A stretch of 64,000 nt of DNA. Source: Squalus acanthias (lineage: Eukaryota). Under the pieces are notes generated by a model, which was given only the letters and a program-made list of their open reading frames with translations, did not search any database and was not told the origin of the DNA. The stretch spans positions 51,586,001-51,650,000 of the forward strand of contig CM059432.1 of assembly GCA_030390025.1 (NCBI GenBank), read 5' to 3'. Numbering within the stretch: position 1 is the stretch's first letter; each line of letters starts with the position of its first letter. Of this stretch, positions 48,871 to 60,529 are shown piece by piece. A program made the position numbers and the translations under genes.

Positions 48871-49702
48871 GGGGGGAATTTTAACCCCAAAAAACGGGTG
48901 GGTTGGAGTCAGGCGGGAGGATAAAGTGTTAAAAATCTGAATCCTGACCCCAGTCACTTGAGCACATAAATCTAGGCTGACACTCCAGTGCAGTACTGAG
49001 GGAGTGCTGCACAGTTGGAGGTGTCGTCTTTCAGATGAAATGTTAAATCAAGGCTCCGTCTGCCCTCTCAGGTGGACGTAAAAAATCCTATGGCACTATT
49101 TCGAAGAAGAGCAGGGGAGTTATCCCTGGTGTCCTGGCCAATATTTATTCCTCAATCAACATCACTAAAACAGATTATCTGGTCATTACCACATTGCTGT
49201 TTGTGGGAGCTTGCTGTGTGCAATTTGGTTGCTGCGTTTACTATATTACAACAGTGACTACACTTCAAAAAGTACTTCATTGGCTGTAAAGCACTTGGGG
49301 ATGTCTGGTTGTCGTGAAAAGAGCTATAGAAATGCAAGTCTTTCTTTCTTTCTTTCTTTCTTTCAACCTGCCTCCAACCCACCCATTCCAGATTTAAGGG
49401 AGGCAGGACGGGGGAGTCGGGCAGCCAACCCACTCCCAGGAGGCGGGTTGGCACTTTAAATATGTTAATGAGGCTGGAAGCCTTGGATTTAACCTGCTGT
49501 GCAGGTTTAACTGTGGCCAGCCGGGGTTCCTGGGCCTCAGGATTCCCGGCAGCTGCAGCGAGGTGAATACAGCCTTAGGGAGCAATCCTTGTGGGCCAGG
49601 AGGAGCAGGAGAGCTTCCTCCCGGCCCCCAAGTTCCCCCACCATCAGCACCCCCTTATAACCACACTCTAACCCCCCTGGGGTTGGGGATCGGACTCCCC
49701 AG
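48871..49702. mobile_element. Harbinger-type MITE (right end lost) containing a Deu-SINE
   Basis: GGGGGGAATTTTAACCCC start as at 33798; resumes at 49364 after the SINE. Confidence 0.75.
48955..49363 (+). mobile_element. Deu-domain SINE, 5'-truncated
   Basis: Deu core and (TCTT)n tail. Confidence 0.9.
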
Positions 49703-52700
49703 GATGTCGCAGGAACCAGGATACCCATGGAAATCGACACTGGTGCACCCGTGAGCGTAATACCGGAATCACTATATCACGACAAGTTGTGTGATTATCG
49801 ACGGTAGAGCTGCGAGGCTACTCAGGAGAACAAATCCCTGTAGTAGGAAATATCACCATACCAGTGAAATACAAGGATCAGTGTCAGAGCTTGCCTCTCA
49901 CAGTAGTGGTAGGAGACAAGCCTGCCTTGATAGGTAGAAATTGGTTGGAATCACTGAAGCTGGATTGGAATGAGATTTTTCGTGTGGAAGCGAAATTTGC
50001 ATCAAAAGATGATGTCATCAAGCAGTGTACGAAGGTGTTAAGCGAAACGGGCAGTCCGATCCAAGACTTCAAGGCGAGTGTCAGAGCGCAGAAGGACGCA
50101 AGACCAGTTTACTGCAAGCCACGTCCCGTACCATACACACTCAAGGAGAAAGTTGAGCAAGAACTCAAAAGACTAAAAACTGAGAACATTATCTCTAAGG
50201 TAGATCTGAGTAATTGGGCTACACTCATTTTTGTTGTACCTAAGTCAGATGGTAAGGTAAGGTTGTGTGGTGATTATAAGGTAACCGTAAACCAGGTTCT
50301 AGAGTGTAATCTACCCAATACGTTGCCAAATGTGGAAGATTTATTCACAATGCTGACAGGTGGCCAGATCTTTTTGAAGTTAGATCTAACAAACGCCTAC
50401 CTAGAACTTGAGTTAGATGAAGAGTCCAAGTCATGCTTGACTATAAATATTCACCGAGGCCTATATCAGTTCAATAGGCTACCATTTGGAGTGTCTTCTG
50501 CCCCCGACATATTCCAGGGGGTGATGAACCAAATTTTGCAAGGGATTGAAGGGGTAGTGTGTTATTTGAATGACATACTCATTTCAGCACCAAACAGGCA
50601 AATCCATGATGAGGTGTTGAATGAAGTGCTCAAACGGCTAGAGAAGCACGGAGTACGAGTGACAGCTCACAAGTGTGAGTTGTTTCAAAACTCAGTGGAG
50701 TACTTAGGGCACAGAGTAGACAAAGATGGTTTACATCCAACCAAAGGAAAGCTGGATGCAATCAGAAATGCACCCATTCCCAAGAATGTCTCTGAACTTC
50801 GATCATTTTTGGGTCTTTTGAATTATTACGGAAGGTTCCTCCCAAACTTGACTACATTGTTACGTCCACTGAATGAGCTGTTGAGAAAACAGATCCCTTG
50901 GAAGTGGTCAAAAGAATGCGACACAGCATTCAAAGAGTGTAAAAGCCAGTTAGTAGAGAGTACCATGTTAGTTCACTATGATGTATCAAAGGAGATCAAG
51001 CTAGCGTGTGACACCTCTCCGTACAGAGTATGGGCAACGATCTCTCATGTACTAGATATTGGGGAGGAGAGACCAATTTCTTTTGCTTCAAGCACTCTCA
51101 GTGCCAGTGAGTGGAATTATGCGCAGATTGAAAGAGAAGCTTTGTCATTGATTTTTGGGGTCAAGAAGTTTCACAAATACTTGTTTGGTCGTAAGTTTAC
51201 CATAGTTACTGACCATAAGTCCCTGTCAGCAATCCTCCATCCAAAGTTCACAGTTCCAACCTTAGCTGCAGCCCAAATGCAGAGATGGGCTTTGATTTTG
51301 TCAGCGTATATGTATGACATTGAGGACAGATGATCAGCTGATCACAGTAATGTTGATGCTATGTCCAGGTTGCCATCCCCATCACAAGTTACACCCAATA
51401 AGGAAGAAGTGTTCTATTTCTCATACATTTTTGAGCTGCCAGTCACAGCTGAAGAGATTGGTAGGGCAACCAAACGTGACCCAATTATGTCAAAGGTGTA
51501 TGATTACATAACAAATGGATGGCCAAACCAGGTATCAGAGGCAGATATCCATCCATACTTCGTTCGTAGGAATGAATTGTCAGTGGATAAAGATTGTATC
51601 ATGTAGGGAGCAAGAGTGGTTATCCCAAATAGGTTCAGGTCTAAATTGTTAGGAGATCTTCATGACCAGCACCTGGGAATGTACTTGACCAAGAGCGTTG
51701 CACACAGTTACTTATGGTGGCCAGGTTTAGATAAAGAGATAGAGTACATAGTCAGTCAGTGTACAACATGTAACTCGGTGAGCAAGAAACCACCATCAGT
51801 ACCATTACAGTGGTGGAAATGGCCTCCCAGAGAGTGGCAAAGGTTATATGTAGATTTTGCTGAGCTAGAAGGACAGCAATTGTTCATAGTGATAGATAGT
51901 CACTCAAAGTGGGTAGAGGTGTTTCCAATGCAGATAATAACAACAAGCAAAACACTAGACAATTGTTTTCTTCATATGGCCTCCCAGAAGAAATTGTGTC
52001 TGATAATGGGCCACAATTTTGTTCAGAAGAGTTCAACAGTTCATGAGCAGAAATGGTGTGAAACATACCAAAGTTCCACCGTACCACCCTGCTTCAAATG
52101 GTGCAGCACAACACACAGTACAAATTGTCATATGTGCCCTCATCAAGCAAATGTTGGATCCAAATCCAAAGAAACATCAGTTGTCTTTGGACCACAAACT
52201 GGCAAATTTTCTGATTACCTATCAAATACTCCTCATACCACTACTGGTAGAAAACCAGCAGAGTTGTTTCTCAAATGACAGCCACGAACCAGGTTCTCGT
52301 TGTTAAAGCCAAACTTGGCACAGTCTGTAGAAGAGAAACCATCAAGGCAGAAAGAGAGTCATGATAAAAGTAGAGTTAGCGAGAGAAGTGTGAAGCTGAA
52401 CCAAAAGGTTAGAGTGAAGAACCATCACCATAAATGGTTAAAGTGGTTACCAGGAAGAGTAGTGAAGATCTGTGGCCCTCGCACATTTGGTCAAGATGTT
52501 TGATCATGGAAAGGTTAGGTTTGTTCATATTGATCGTATCTTACCTACAGATGTGGAAGGAGTTGAAAGCTGGGATGATGCAATTTATTCTGATGAGTCA
52601 AATAGTCTTGTTACAAGTAGAGTACCAGTAGCAAATCCTACATCAGACGTACCAGCAACAAGTCCAAGACAAAGCCAGAATTTAAGTCGGAGCACGAGTC

Positions 52701-52798
52701 AGGCAGACAAACAGTCTGAAAGTATAGAGAGTCTAAATGTAGATCAAAGTCAGCCCTTGAAGAAAAATTCTCTGCAGGCTCATCCTAGAATGAGTTAA
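49703..52798 (+). pseudogene. pol: Gypsy pol polyprotein, inactivated
   Basis: Protease MEIDTGAPVSV (49727-49760); RT RLCGDY, LPFG, YLND (YxDD mutated); RNase H ACDTS, YAQIERE, TDH; integrase H-H-C-C, VDF, SDNG; stops at 51331 and 51604 plus frameshifts. Confidence 0.93.
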
Positions 52799-53161
52799 AT
52801 TCCTACAACAAGATCTGAAAGTTCTGTTCAAGAAAGAAGGTATCCTCTTCGATACAGAAAACCAGTGGTTAAGTTTAATCCGTAAATATGGAAAATAAGT
52901 TCATATCTTTTGTTTGTGTAACAGAATTCTATAGTAGAATTTGGAAGCATAAAATTGGTTCCATTTGAGAAATGTATACCAAGAGTTGTGTATACCATAC
53001 AAGTCATGTACAATGATTATTCTTCAATAAGGAGGGAGAAGTATAATAGAGCCACCTGGTGGACTACTGATGTATATAATAATAAAGCCATATGCAGTAC
53101 AGTTCTTACCGGAAGCCATGCTGTGCTAGTGTATATATATGTTGTGTCTCAAGATATCACA
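49703..53161 (+). mobile_element. Ty3/Gypsy LTR retrotransposon lacking gag and the 5' LTR
   Basis: PR-RT-RH-IN order; purine tract 53026-53041; 3' LTR 53042-53161 (TATAATA...TATCACA, contains AATAAA). Confidence 0.93.
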
Positions 53162-54109
53162 ATGATGACAGATTTCTCCTGCTGCAAGAACGGAAGAGAC
53201 ATGACAAGATGAATCTCTTGAATAACTTGCAGCTGGCACTTCTGCTCCTATTTCTCCAACTCCCATTGCTTCTCCCCTATGCCTGCCAAAAACTTCCAGA
53301 GCTTCCTCCTCATAAGGGATGAAGGTTGAAGGCTGAAATTTCCACCACCTGTGGATGCTTTTCTCGGTGACTGTAAGCCACTTTTTCCTTGCAGCAGATA
53401 GTGGAGTCTGAAGGCCCTCTATGGAATGCAACACAGGTGTAAGAACGCATTCCGTAATGAGGGTGATAAAAGGTGCAGCAAATGAGTGACTACATAGCAT
53501 ATGAGACTGTCACTTCTTCCCTTCATGATAAGCTGTGAGTGAGGGAGCACCTGCAGGGGAAGGGCGGGTGTGTGAAGGTTGCACGGAACCTCCTGGACAT
53601 TCCAGGCCATACAAAGGCAGGGCAAGGTGGTCAGAAATCTTAAACCTGCTTAACACATGATGTTATTGCCTCCTCTTACCTCAGCTAACCTGGTGGTGCA
53701 TTAAACTTCTTTCAGCACTGAGTATCCTTGTGGGGGTTGGTAGCCAAGGCCACCTCCTTCCACCTGGCCAGCACCCCAAGTCTTTGGTTGGCCTCCTCCC
53801 CCTTGATCTCAAATATCTGCTTTATTCTGAACAATAAAACCTCAACAACAACAACAACTTGCATTTATATAAGCACCTTTAACGTAGTAAAACGTCCCAA
53901 GGCGCTTCACAGGAGTGCACTAAAACAAAATTAGACTCCGAGCCTCATAAGGAGATATTAGAATCATAGAAAAATCATAGAATGGTTACAGAACGGAAGG
54001 AGGACATTCGGCCCATCGAGCCTGTGCCGGCTCTCTGCAAGAGCACTTCAGCTAGTCCCACTCCCCTGCCATTTCCCTGTAGCCCTGCAAATTTCTTTCC
54101 TTCAGATAC

Positions 54110-57100
54110 TTGAACTGGAACGGGACCAACATCCTTGCGGGGAGGTCTGCTAGTACTGTTGGGGAGGATTTAAACTAACTTGGCAGGGGGATGGGATACG
54201 GAGTGGAGCTATAGTAGGGGGTGATGCACAGCCAAATATAGAGGAAAAAACAAGTCAGCCTGGAAGGCAGAGCAAATATGTAACGGCTCAAGGGAGTATG
54301 GCAAGGCTGGATGGCATTTATTTTAATGCAAGGAGTCTTGCGAGTAAGGCAGATGAATTGAAGGTGTTGATGAACACATGGGAGTATGATATTGTTGCTA
54401 TCACAGAGACATGGTTGAGGGAGGGGCAGGACTGGCAGCTCAATATTCCGGGGTATAGAATCTTCAGGCGAGACAGAGGGGGGTGTAAAAGAGGAGGGGG
54501 TGTTGCAATATTAATTAAAGAGTCAATTACTGCTGTAAGGAGGGATGATATCTTAGCAGGTTCCTCTAATAAGGCCATATGGGTAGAACTTAAAAACAAA
54601 AAGGGGGCAAGCACTTTGCTGGGAGTGTACTATAGGCCCCCAAACAGTCAGGGGGAGATAGAGGAACAGATATGTAGGCAAATCTCAGAGAAGTGTAGAA
54701 ATAATAGGGTAATAATAGTAGGGGATTTCAACTTCCCCAATATTAACTGGGATAGTCAGAGTGTGAAAGGCTTAGAGGGTGCGGAATTCTTAAAGTGCAT
54801 CCAGGAGAGCTTTTTGAGCCAGCATGTAGAAAGTCCAACAAGAGAGGGGGTGGTACTGGATCTAATTCTAGGGAATGTAGCTGGGCAAGTGGTAGATGTG
54901 TCAGTAGGAGAGCATTTTGGTGACAGTGACCATAATTCGGTGAGATTTAAGGTAGTCATGGAAAAGGACAAAGATGGATTGGAAATAAAGGTTCTAAATT
55001 GGGGGAAGACCGATTTTAATATGATAAGGCAGGATCTGGCCAAAATGGACTGGGATCAGCTACTTGTAGGAAAATCCACATCAGAGCAATGGGAGTCTTT
55101 CAGAAAGAAATTAGAGAAAGTACAACGCCAACATGTTCCCGTAAAGGTCAAGGGTGGGACCAACAAGCCCACGGAACCCTGGATGTCAAGGGATATACAA
55201 GAATGGATTAGGAAAAAAAGGGAGGCTTTTGGCAGATACAAAGAACTAAAAACAGTGGAATCCCTAGAGGAGTATAGAAAGTGCAGGGGGGTACTTAAAA
55301 AAGAAATTAGGAGCGCGAAGAGGGGGCATGAAAAAACACTGGCGGGCAAAATAAAGGAAAATCCCAAGGTGTTTTATAAGTATATTAAGGGCAAGAGGAT
55401 AACCAAGGAAAGAGTAGGGCCCATTAGGGACCAAAGTGGCCATCTGTGTGTAGAGCCGGAAGATGTAGGTGAGGTTTTAAATGAATATTTTGCATCTTTG
55501 TTCACTATGGAGAAGGGTGATGTAGGCATAGAAATCAGGCAGGGGGATTGTGATATACTTGAACAAATTAGTATTGAGAGGGAGGATGTACTAGCGGTTT
55601 TAACGGGCTTAAAAGTGGATAAATCCCCAGGCTCTGATGGGATGTATCCTAGGCTGCTGTGTGAGGCAAGGAAGGAGATTGCAGGGACTCTGACACAAAT
55701 TTTCAGAACCTCTCTGGCCACAGGGGAGGTGCCAGAGGACTGGAGAACAGCTAACGTAGTACCATTGTTCAAGAAGGGTAGTAGGGATAAACCAGGGAAT
55801 TACAGGCCAGTGAGCCGAACATCAGTGGTTGGGAAATTATTGGAAAAAATTCTGAGGGACAGAATTAGTCTCCATTTAGAGAGGCAGGGATTAATCAGGG
55901 ATAGTCAGCATGGCTTTGTCAGGGGGAGATCATGTCTGACCAATTTGATTGAATTTTTTGAGGGGGTGACTAGGTGTGTGGATGAGGGTAGTGCAGTTGA
56001 TGTAGTCTACATGGACTTCAGTAAGGCTTTTGACAAAGTCCCACATGGGAGACTGGTCAATAAGGTAAGAGCCCATGGGATCCAGGGCAATTTGGCACAT
56101 TGGATCCAAAATTGGCTTAGTGGCAGGAGGCAGAGGGTGATGGTCGAAGGTTGTTTTTGTGACTGGAAGCCTGTGTCCAGTGGTGTACCGCAGGGATCGG
56201 TGCTGGGTCCTTTGCTGTTTGTAGTGTACATTAATGATGTAGATATGAATGTAGGAGGTATGATCAGTAAGTTCGCAGATGACACGAAAATTGGTGGAGT
56301 GGTAAATAGCGAGGAGGGAAGCCTCGGGCTACAGAATGATATAGATGGGTTGGTTAGATGGGCAGAACAGTGGGAAATGGAATTTAACCCTGAAAAGTGT
56401 GAGGTGATGCATTTTGGGAGGAGAAACAAGGCAAGGGAATACACAATGAATTGTAGGATCCTAGGAAGGACAGAGGATCAGAGGGACCTTGGTGTGCATG
56501 TACATAGATCCCTGAAGGCAGCAGGACAGGTAGATAAGGTGGTTATAAATGCATATGGGATACTTGCCTTCATTAGCTGAGGCATAGAATATAAGAGCAG
56601 GGAGGTTATGATGGAGCTGTACAAAACGTTAGTTAGGCCACAGCTGGAATACTTTGTGCAGTTCTGGTCACCACACTATAGGAGGGATGTGATTGCATTG
56701 GAGAGGGTGCAGAGGAGATTCACCAGGATGTTACCTGGGCTGGAGCGCTTCAGCTATGAAGAGAGACTGGACAGGCTGGGGTTGTTTTCCTTAGAGCAGA
56801 GAAGGCTGAGGGGGGACCTAATTGAGGTGTACAAAATTATGAGGGGCATAGATAGGGTAGATAGAAAGGAACTTTTCCCCTTAGTAGAGGGGTCAATAAC
56901 CAGGGGGCATAGTTTCAAGGTAAGGGGCAGGAGGTTTAGAGGGGATTTGAGGGAAAACTTTTCACCCAGAGGGTGGTTGGAATCTGGAACTCACTGCCTG
57001 AAAGGGTGGTAGAGGCAGGAACCCTCACAACTTTCAAGAAGCATTTAGATGAGCACTTGAAACGCCATAGCATACAAGGCTACGGACCAAGTGCTGGAAA

Positions 57101-57192
57101 ATGGGATTAGAATAGACAGGGCTTGATGGCCGGCGCGGACACGATGGGCCGAAGGGCCTCTTTCTATGCTGTATAACTCTATGACTCTATGA
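54110..57192 (+). mobile_element. CR1 LINE: ORF1 C-terminus, near-complete ORF2 and 3' tail
   Basis: LNWNGTNILAGRSASTVGEDLN* (54110-54178), typical end of the CR1 ORF1 esterase domain; tail (CTCTATGA)n; sits inside a short minus-strand CR1 tail (53962-54109 + 57193-57217). Confidence 0.95.
54298..57110 (+). pseudogene. CR1 ORF2 (APE endonuclease + reverse transcriptase), one stop and one late frameshift
   Basis: 760-aa open ORF with [39 protein letters not shown] at 56578-56580; frameshift near 56955. Confidence 0.95.
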
Positions 57193-57540
57193 CTTATCCA
57201 ACTCCCTTTTGAAAGCTGGCAGATGACCAAAAGCTTGGTCAAAGAGGTAGGTTTTAAGAAGCATCTTAAAGGAGGAAAGAGAGGTAGAGAAGCGGAGAGG
57301 TTTAGGGAGGGAATTCCAGAGCCTCGGACCTTGGCAGCTGAAGGCACGGCAACCAATGGTGGAGCGATTAAAATCTACAGGTGAATCAGAAAACTTGGAG
57401 GCTCTGGGCCTTGTTATAGCAGCATCAGACCTAATGCCTTTGCTCTCAGTAGTCTGATTTCTTACTGCCAGATAAGCTGCTGCAGTCATTTAAATACTGC
57501 ACCAGTAATGACTTTTAGCAACCCCCCATCCCCCCCAATA

Positions 57541-57970
57541 GAGAAAGATTTGCATTTATATAGCGCTGTTCATGACCTCAGGATGTTCCAAAGCGCTTTA
57601 CAACCAATGAAGTAATTTTGAAGTGTAGTCGCTGTTGTAATTTAAGAAATGTGGCAGCCAATTTGCGCTCAACAAGCTCCCACAAAGTACAATGTGATAA
57701 TGACCAGATCATCTGTTTTAGTTGTTGGTTGAGGGACAAATGTTGGCCATCCCATGCTCTTCTTTGAATACTGCCGTGGGATCTTTCATGAGAGGGCAGA
57801 CGGGGCCTCGGTGTATCGTCTCATCTGAAAGATGGTACCTCCGACAGTGCAGCACTCCTTCAGTACTGCACTGGAGTGTCAGCCTAGATTATGTGCTCAA
57901 TTTCTGGAGTGGGACTTGAATCTACAACCTTCTGACTCAGAGGCGAGAGTGCAACCACTGAGCCATGACA
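57541..57970 (-). mobile_element. Deu-domain tRNA-SINE
   Basis: Collinear with 14575-15047. Confidence 0.9.
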
Positions 57971-59856
57971 GACAATAGAGGGCACAACTAGCACTGATCC
58001 AGGAAAATGCAACAGCTGGGTCCCACGGGCAGGTGGAAGTACTGACCTGATGTAGTGTCGGCAGTAAACCCACCAAGGAGGAAAATCCAATCTCTTAATG
58101 ACAAATTTAATACAGCTCAGGTTTTGCATTACAAAACAAATACCTTCTCCTCCCAGGTTCTACATCAGAATACTAAACTTTTTTCAGGTCTTATGTCACG
58201 CTACCTCTTCAAATGGCAACAGAACCATGGCATTGCAAATGTACTGGAGTTCTTCGAGATGTAACAGATTGATGATAATGTGGTTGATGTAAATCCTGCC
58301 ATCTAATAACTCATATAAGCTAGTTATTAATAACTAAAAGTTTTAATTGAGCAACTATGACCAGTGGATGCCAAGCTATTCATCTCACAACCCATATTGC
58401 TAACAATATTTATAAATTACTTCATGATCGTGTTGGAAGCACCATGTCTATGCTTGTGGGTGACACCAAGTTGCATGGCAAAGCAGAATATTCTAAGGAA
58501 GGATACAAAAAATGAATAATAGAAGGTACTTTGAGGGAATTATCTGTCTCCAGTTTTTAGCAGATCAGCTCAAAAACTAGAATGATGAAAAATCCCAATA
58601 TATTACCTTATGCTATTGAATTGCCAGGAGTAACTGTACTCAGGTAATTCTAACAAAATATGAACATTAAAAGTCTTATTTTTTAAATTGCTGCTGCTTT
58701 TCCCTCTATTCTCTTTTTCTTCTATTCAGTTTTTCTTTCCTCTTCCCCTTTTCTTCCACATTCTGCATTTTAAAATTAATTTTATGTTTTTATGCTTTTC
58801 ATGTTTAAACACAACTTTTCTTTTTTCTTGTGACTCTAACATTCCATCAATTATTCTATCACTCAGACCCACATCTTCAAAAACTGGTCAAAAATACCAA
58901 AGGCCAGTTTTTTCAGCCAATTGACTGGCAGAATATTGAAGTTTAACCGTGTCACTTTATTTAGTGACCCAGTTAAACTGATGTTCTTTTCTAGACTGAT
59001 GTGGGATTTAAGTTGTGCTAAGCATTTGACAAGATAATTTGTCAGTGGCCCAGGGAGCATAAAGTTGTCCTGTCAGTACTGCTGGACGGGTTAATATTGA
59101 GACATTTTAAAGCAGTGCGCATTGGTGCTAACAATAAGAAATATGACTGCACAATAAAGGCAATACCGAATATTTCAGTGATTGCTAACAGAAATAGAGT
59201 TAGGTTGTAAGACTGCGGAAGAGATTCATGCAGGGATGGGGGCGGGGGCCAGAGGGGGAACAAAGATAGTTCCATGTTTCAGTCAGTACCAGTTGAAGCA
59301 GTACAATCTGTTCTGATTGGGGAAATAGGGGTTAAGCAGTAGGAACTGATTTTAAAATCATTAAGAAAATTGAGAAGGTGAATGCAGAGAGCTGCATTGT
59401 GCAGAATCAGGAAAGGAAACCAGTAGGAAGGAAGAAAGAAAGTCATACACCAAGCCACCCCAGACAGTACTTGTGTACCTGCTAGCAGCTGGGATCAAAA
59501 GCGACATGCGTTTGATGCTAAACTGGAGTGAAAATACCAGCATTTTTATTAGCAGCATGAAAGAATAAGATGTAGAAGGGGAGTTCAAACAGTAGGAACA
59601 CTTGATTCCTAACCAGAGTCACAATATTGTCTATCAGTCAAACTCAGCCACATTGATTTATTAGGATCTAGGCCAAGCCACTGGAGACAACACAATGTTA
59701 AGATATAGTGCTCTATTTCAGTGAAAGAAAAACAAAAAGTCTCAAAATGATTGATCACAGAGGGACAGTGAAAGATTGAAAGAAGCTCTGAAGACTGTTA
59801 TGCTCAAAGGTCATTTTTGATGAGTGTACATTTATTTACATTTCACCTAAATGCCC

Positions 59857-60212
59857 AGGTAGATATGCAGGAAGGATGTTCCCGATGGTCGGGGAGTCCA
59901 GAACCAGGGATCACAGTCTAAGGATAAGGGGTAAGCCATTTAGGACAGAAATGAGGAGGAATTTCTTCACCCAGAGAGTGGTGAACCTGTGGAATTCTCT
60001 GCCACAGAAGGCAGTAGAGGCCAATTCATTAAATAGATTCAAGAAGGAGTTGGATATATTTCTTAAGGCTAAAGGGATCAAGGGATATGGGGAGAAAGCA
60101 GGGACAGGGTACTGAATTTGGATGATCAGCTCGCATTGAATGGCGGAGCAGGCTAGAGGGGCCGAATGGCCTACTCCTGCTCCTATCTTCTATGATTTTA
60201 TGATTCTATGAT
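59857..60212 (+). mobile_element. CR1 3' end
   Basis: ORF 59876-60115 and (TTCTATGA)n tail. Confidence 0.9.
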
Positions 60213-60529
60213 TCTCTCCATTTTAGCTTATTTTCTTTCCCCACCACAACATATCCCGTGCAGTAGTCTTCTTCGATCCAAAGGTTGTGACAATGCAGCC
60301 CATGAACATTTTCATGGACAGCATCAATGCTACTCTTTGGTCAATCTGCCAGGGGGTGTATTTGGGCAGCATGGTAAGTGTCATCGATTACAGACCAGAA
60401 ACAGACCATTTGGACCAACTAGTCTATTTGGCCAGTGTTTCTGCTCCACATGAGCCTCCTCCCTCTCTAACCCTATGAGCATGTCCTTCTATTTGTTTCT
60501 CCCTCATGTACTTATCTAGCCAGGCCCAA

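Larger units (their letters stand above)
48190..53800 (-). pseudogene. Decayed Harbinger Myb/SANT gene split by MITE, SINE and Gypsy (pieces about 53800-53165 and 48865-48190)
   Basis: QC*KKFN..GTAAG at about 53720-53675; EKVAYSHREK..GGG..YEEEALEVFG at about 53390-53280; ALRRSR tail at about 48290. Confidence 0.65.
53843..57375 (-). mobile_element. L2 3' fragment split by nested CR1s (53843-53961 and 57218-57375)
   Basis: GGAGATATTAG at 53961 rejoins GGCAGATGACCAAAAGC at 57218, as in the copy at 20640-20670. Confidence 0.85.

Noticed and set aside
54318..56444. Minus-strand ORFs opposite CR1 ORF2
   Set aside because: Antisense shadows of a long coding frame; no independent motifs
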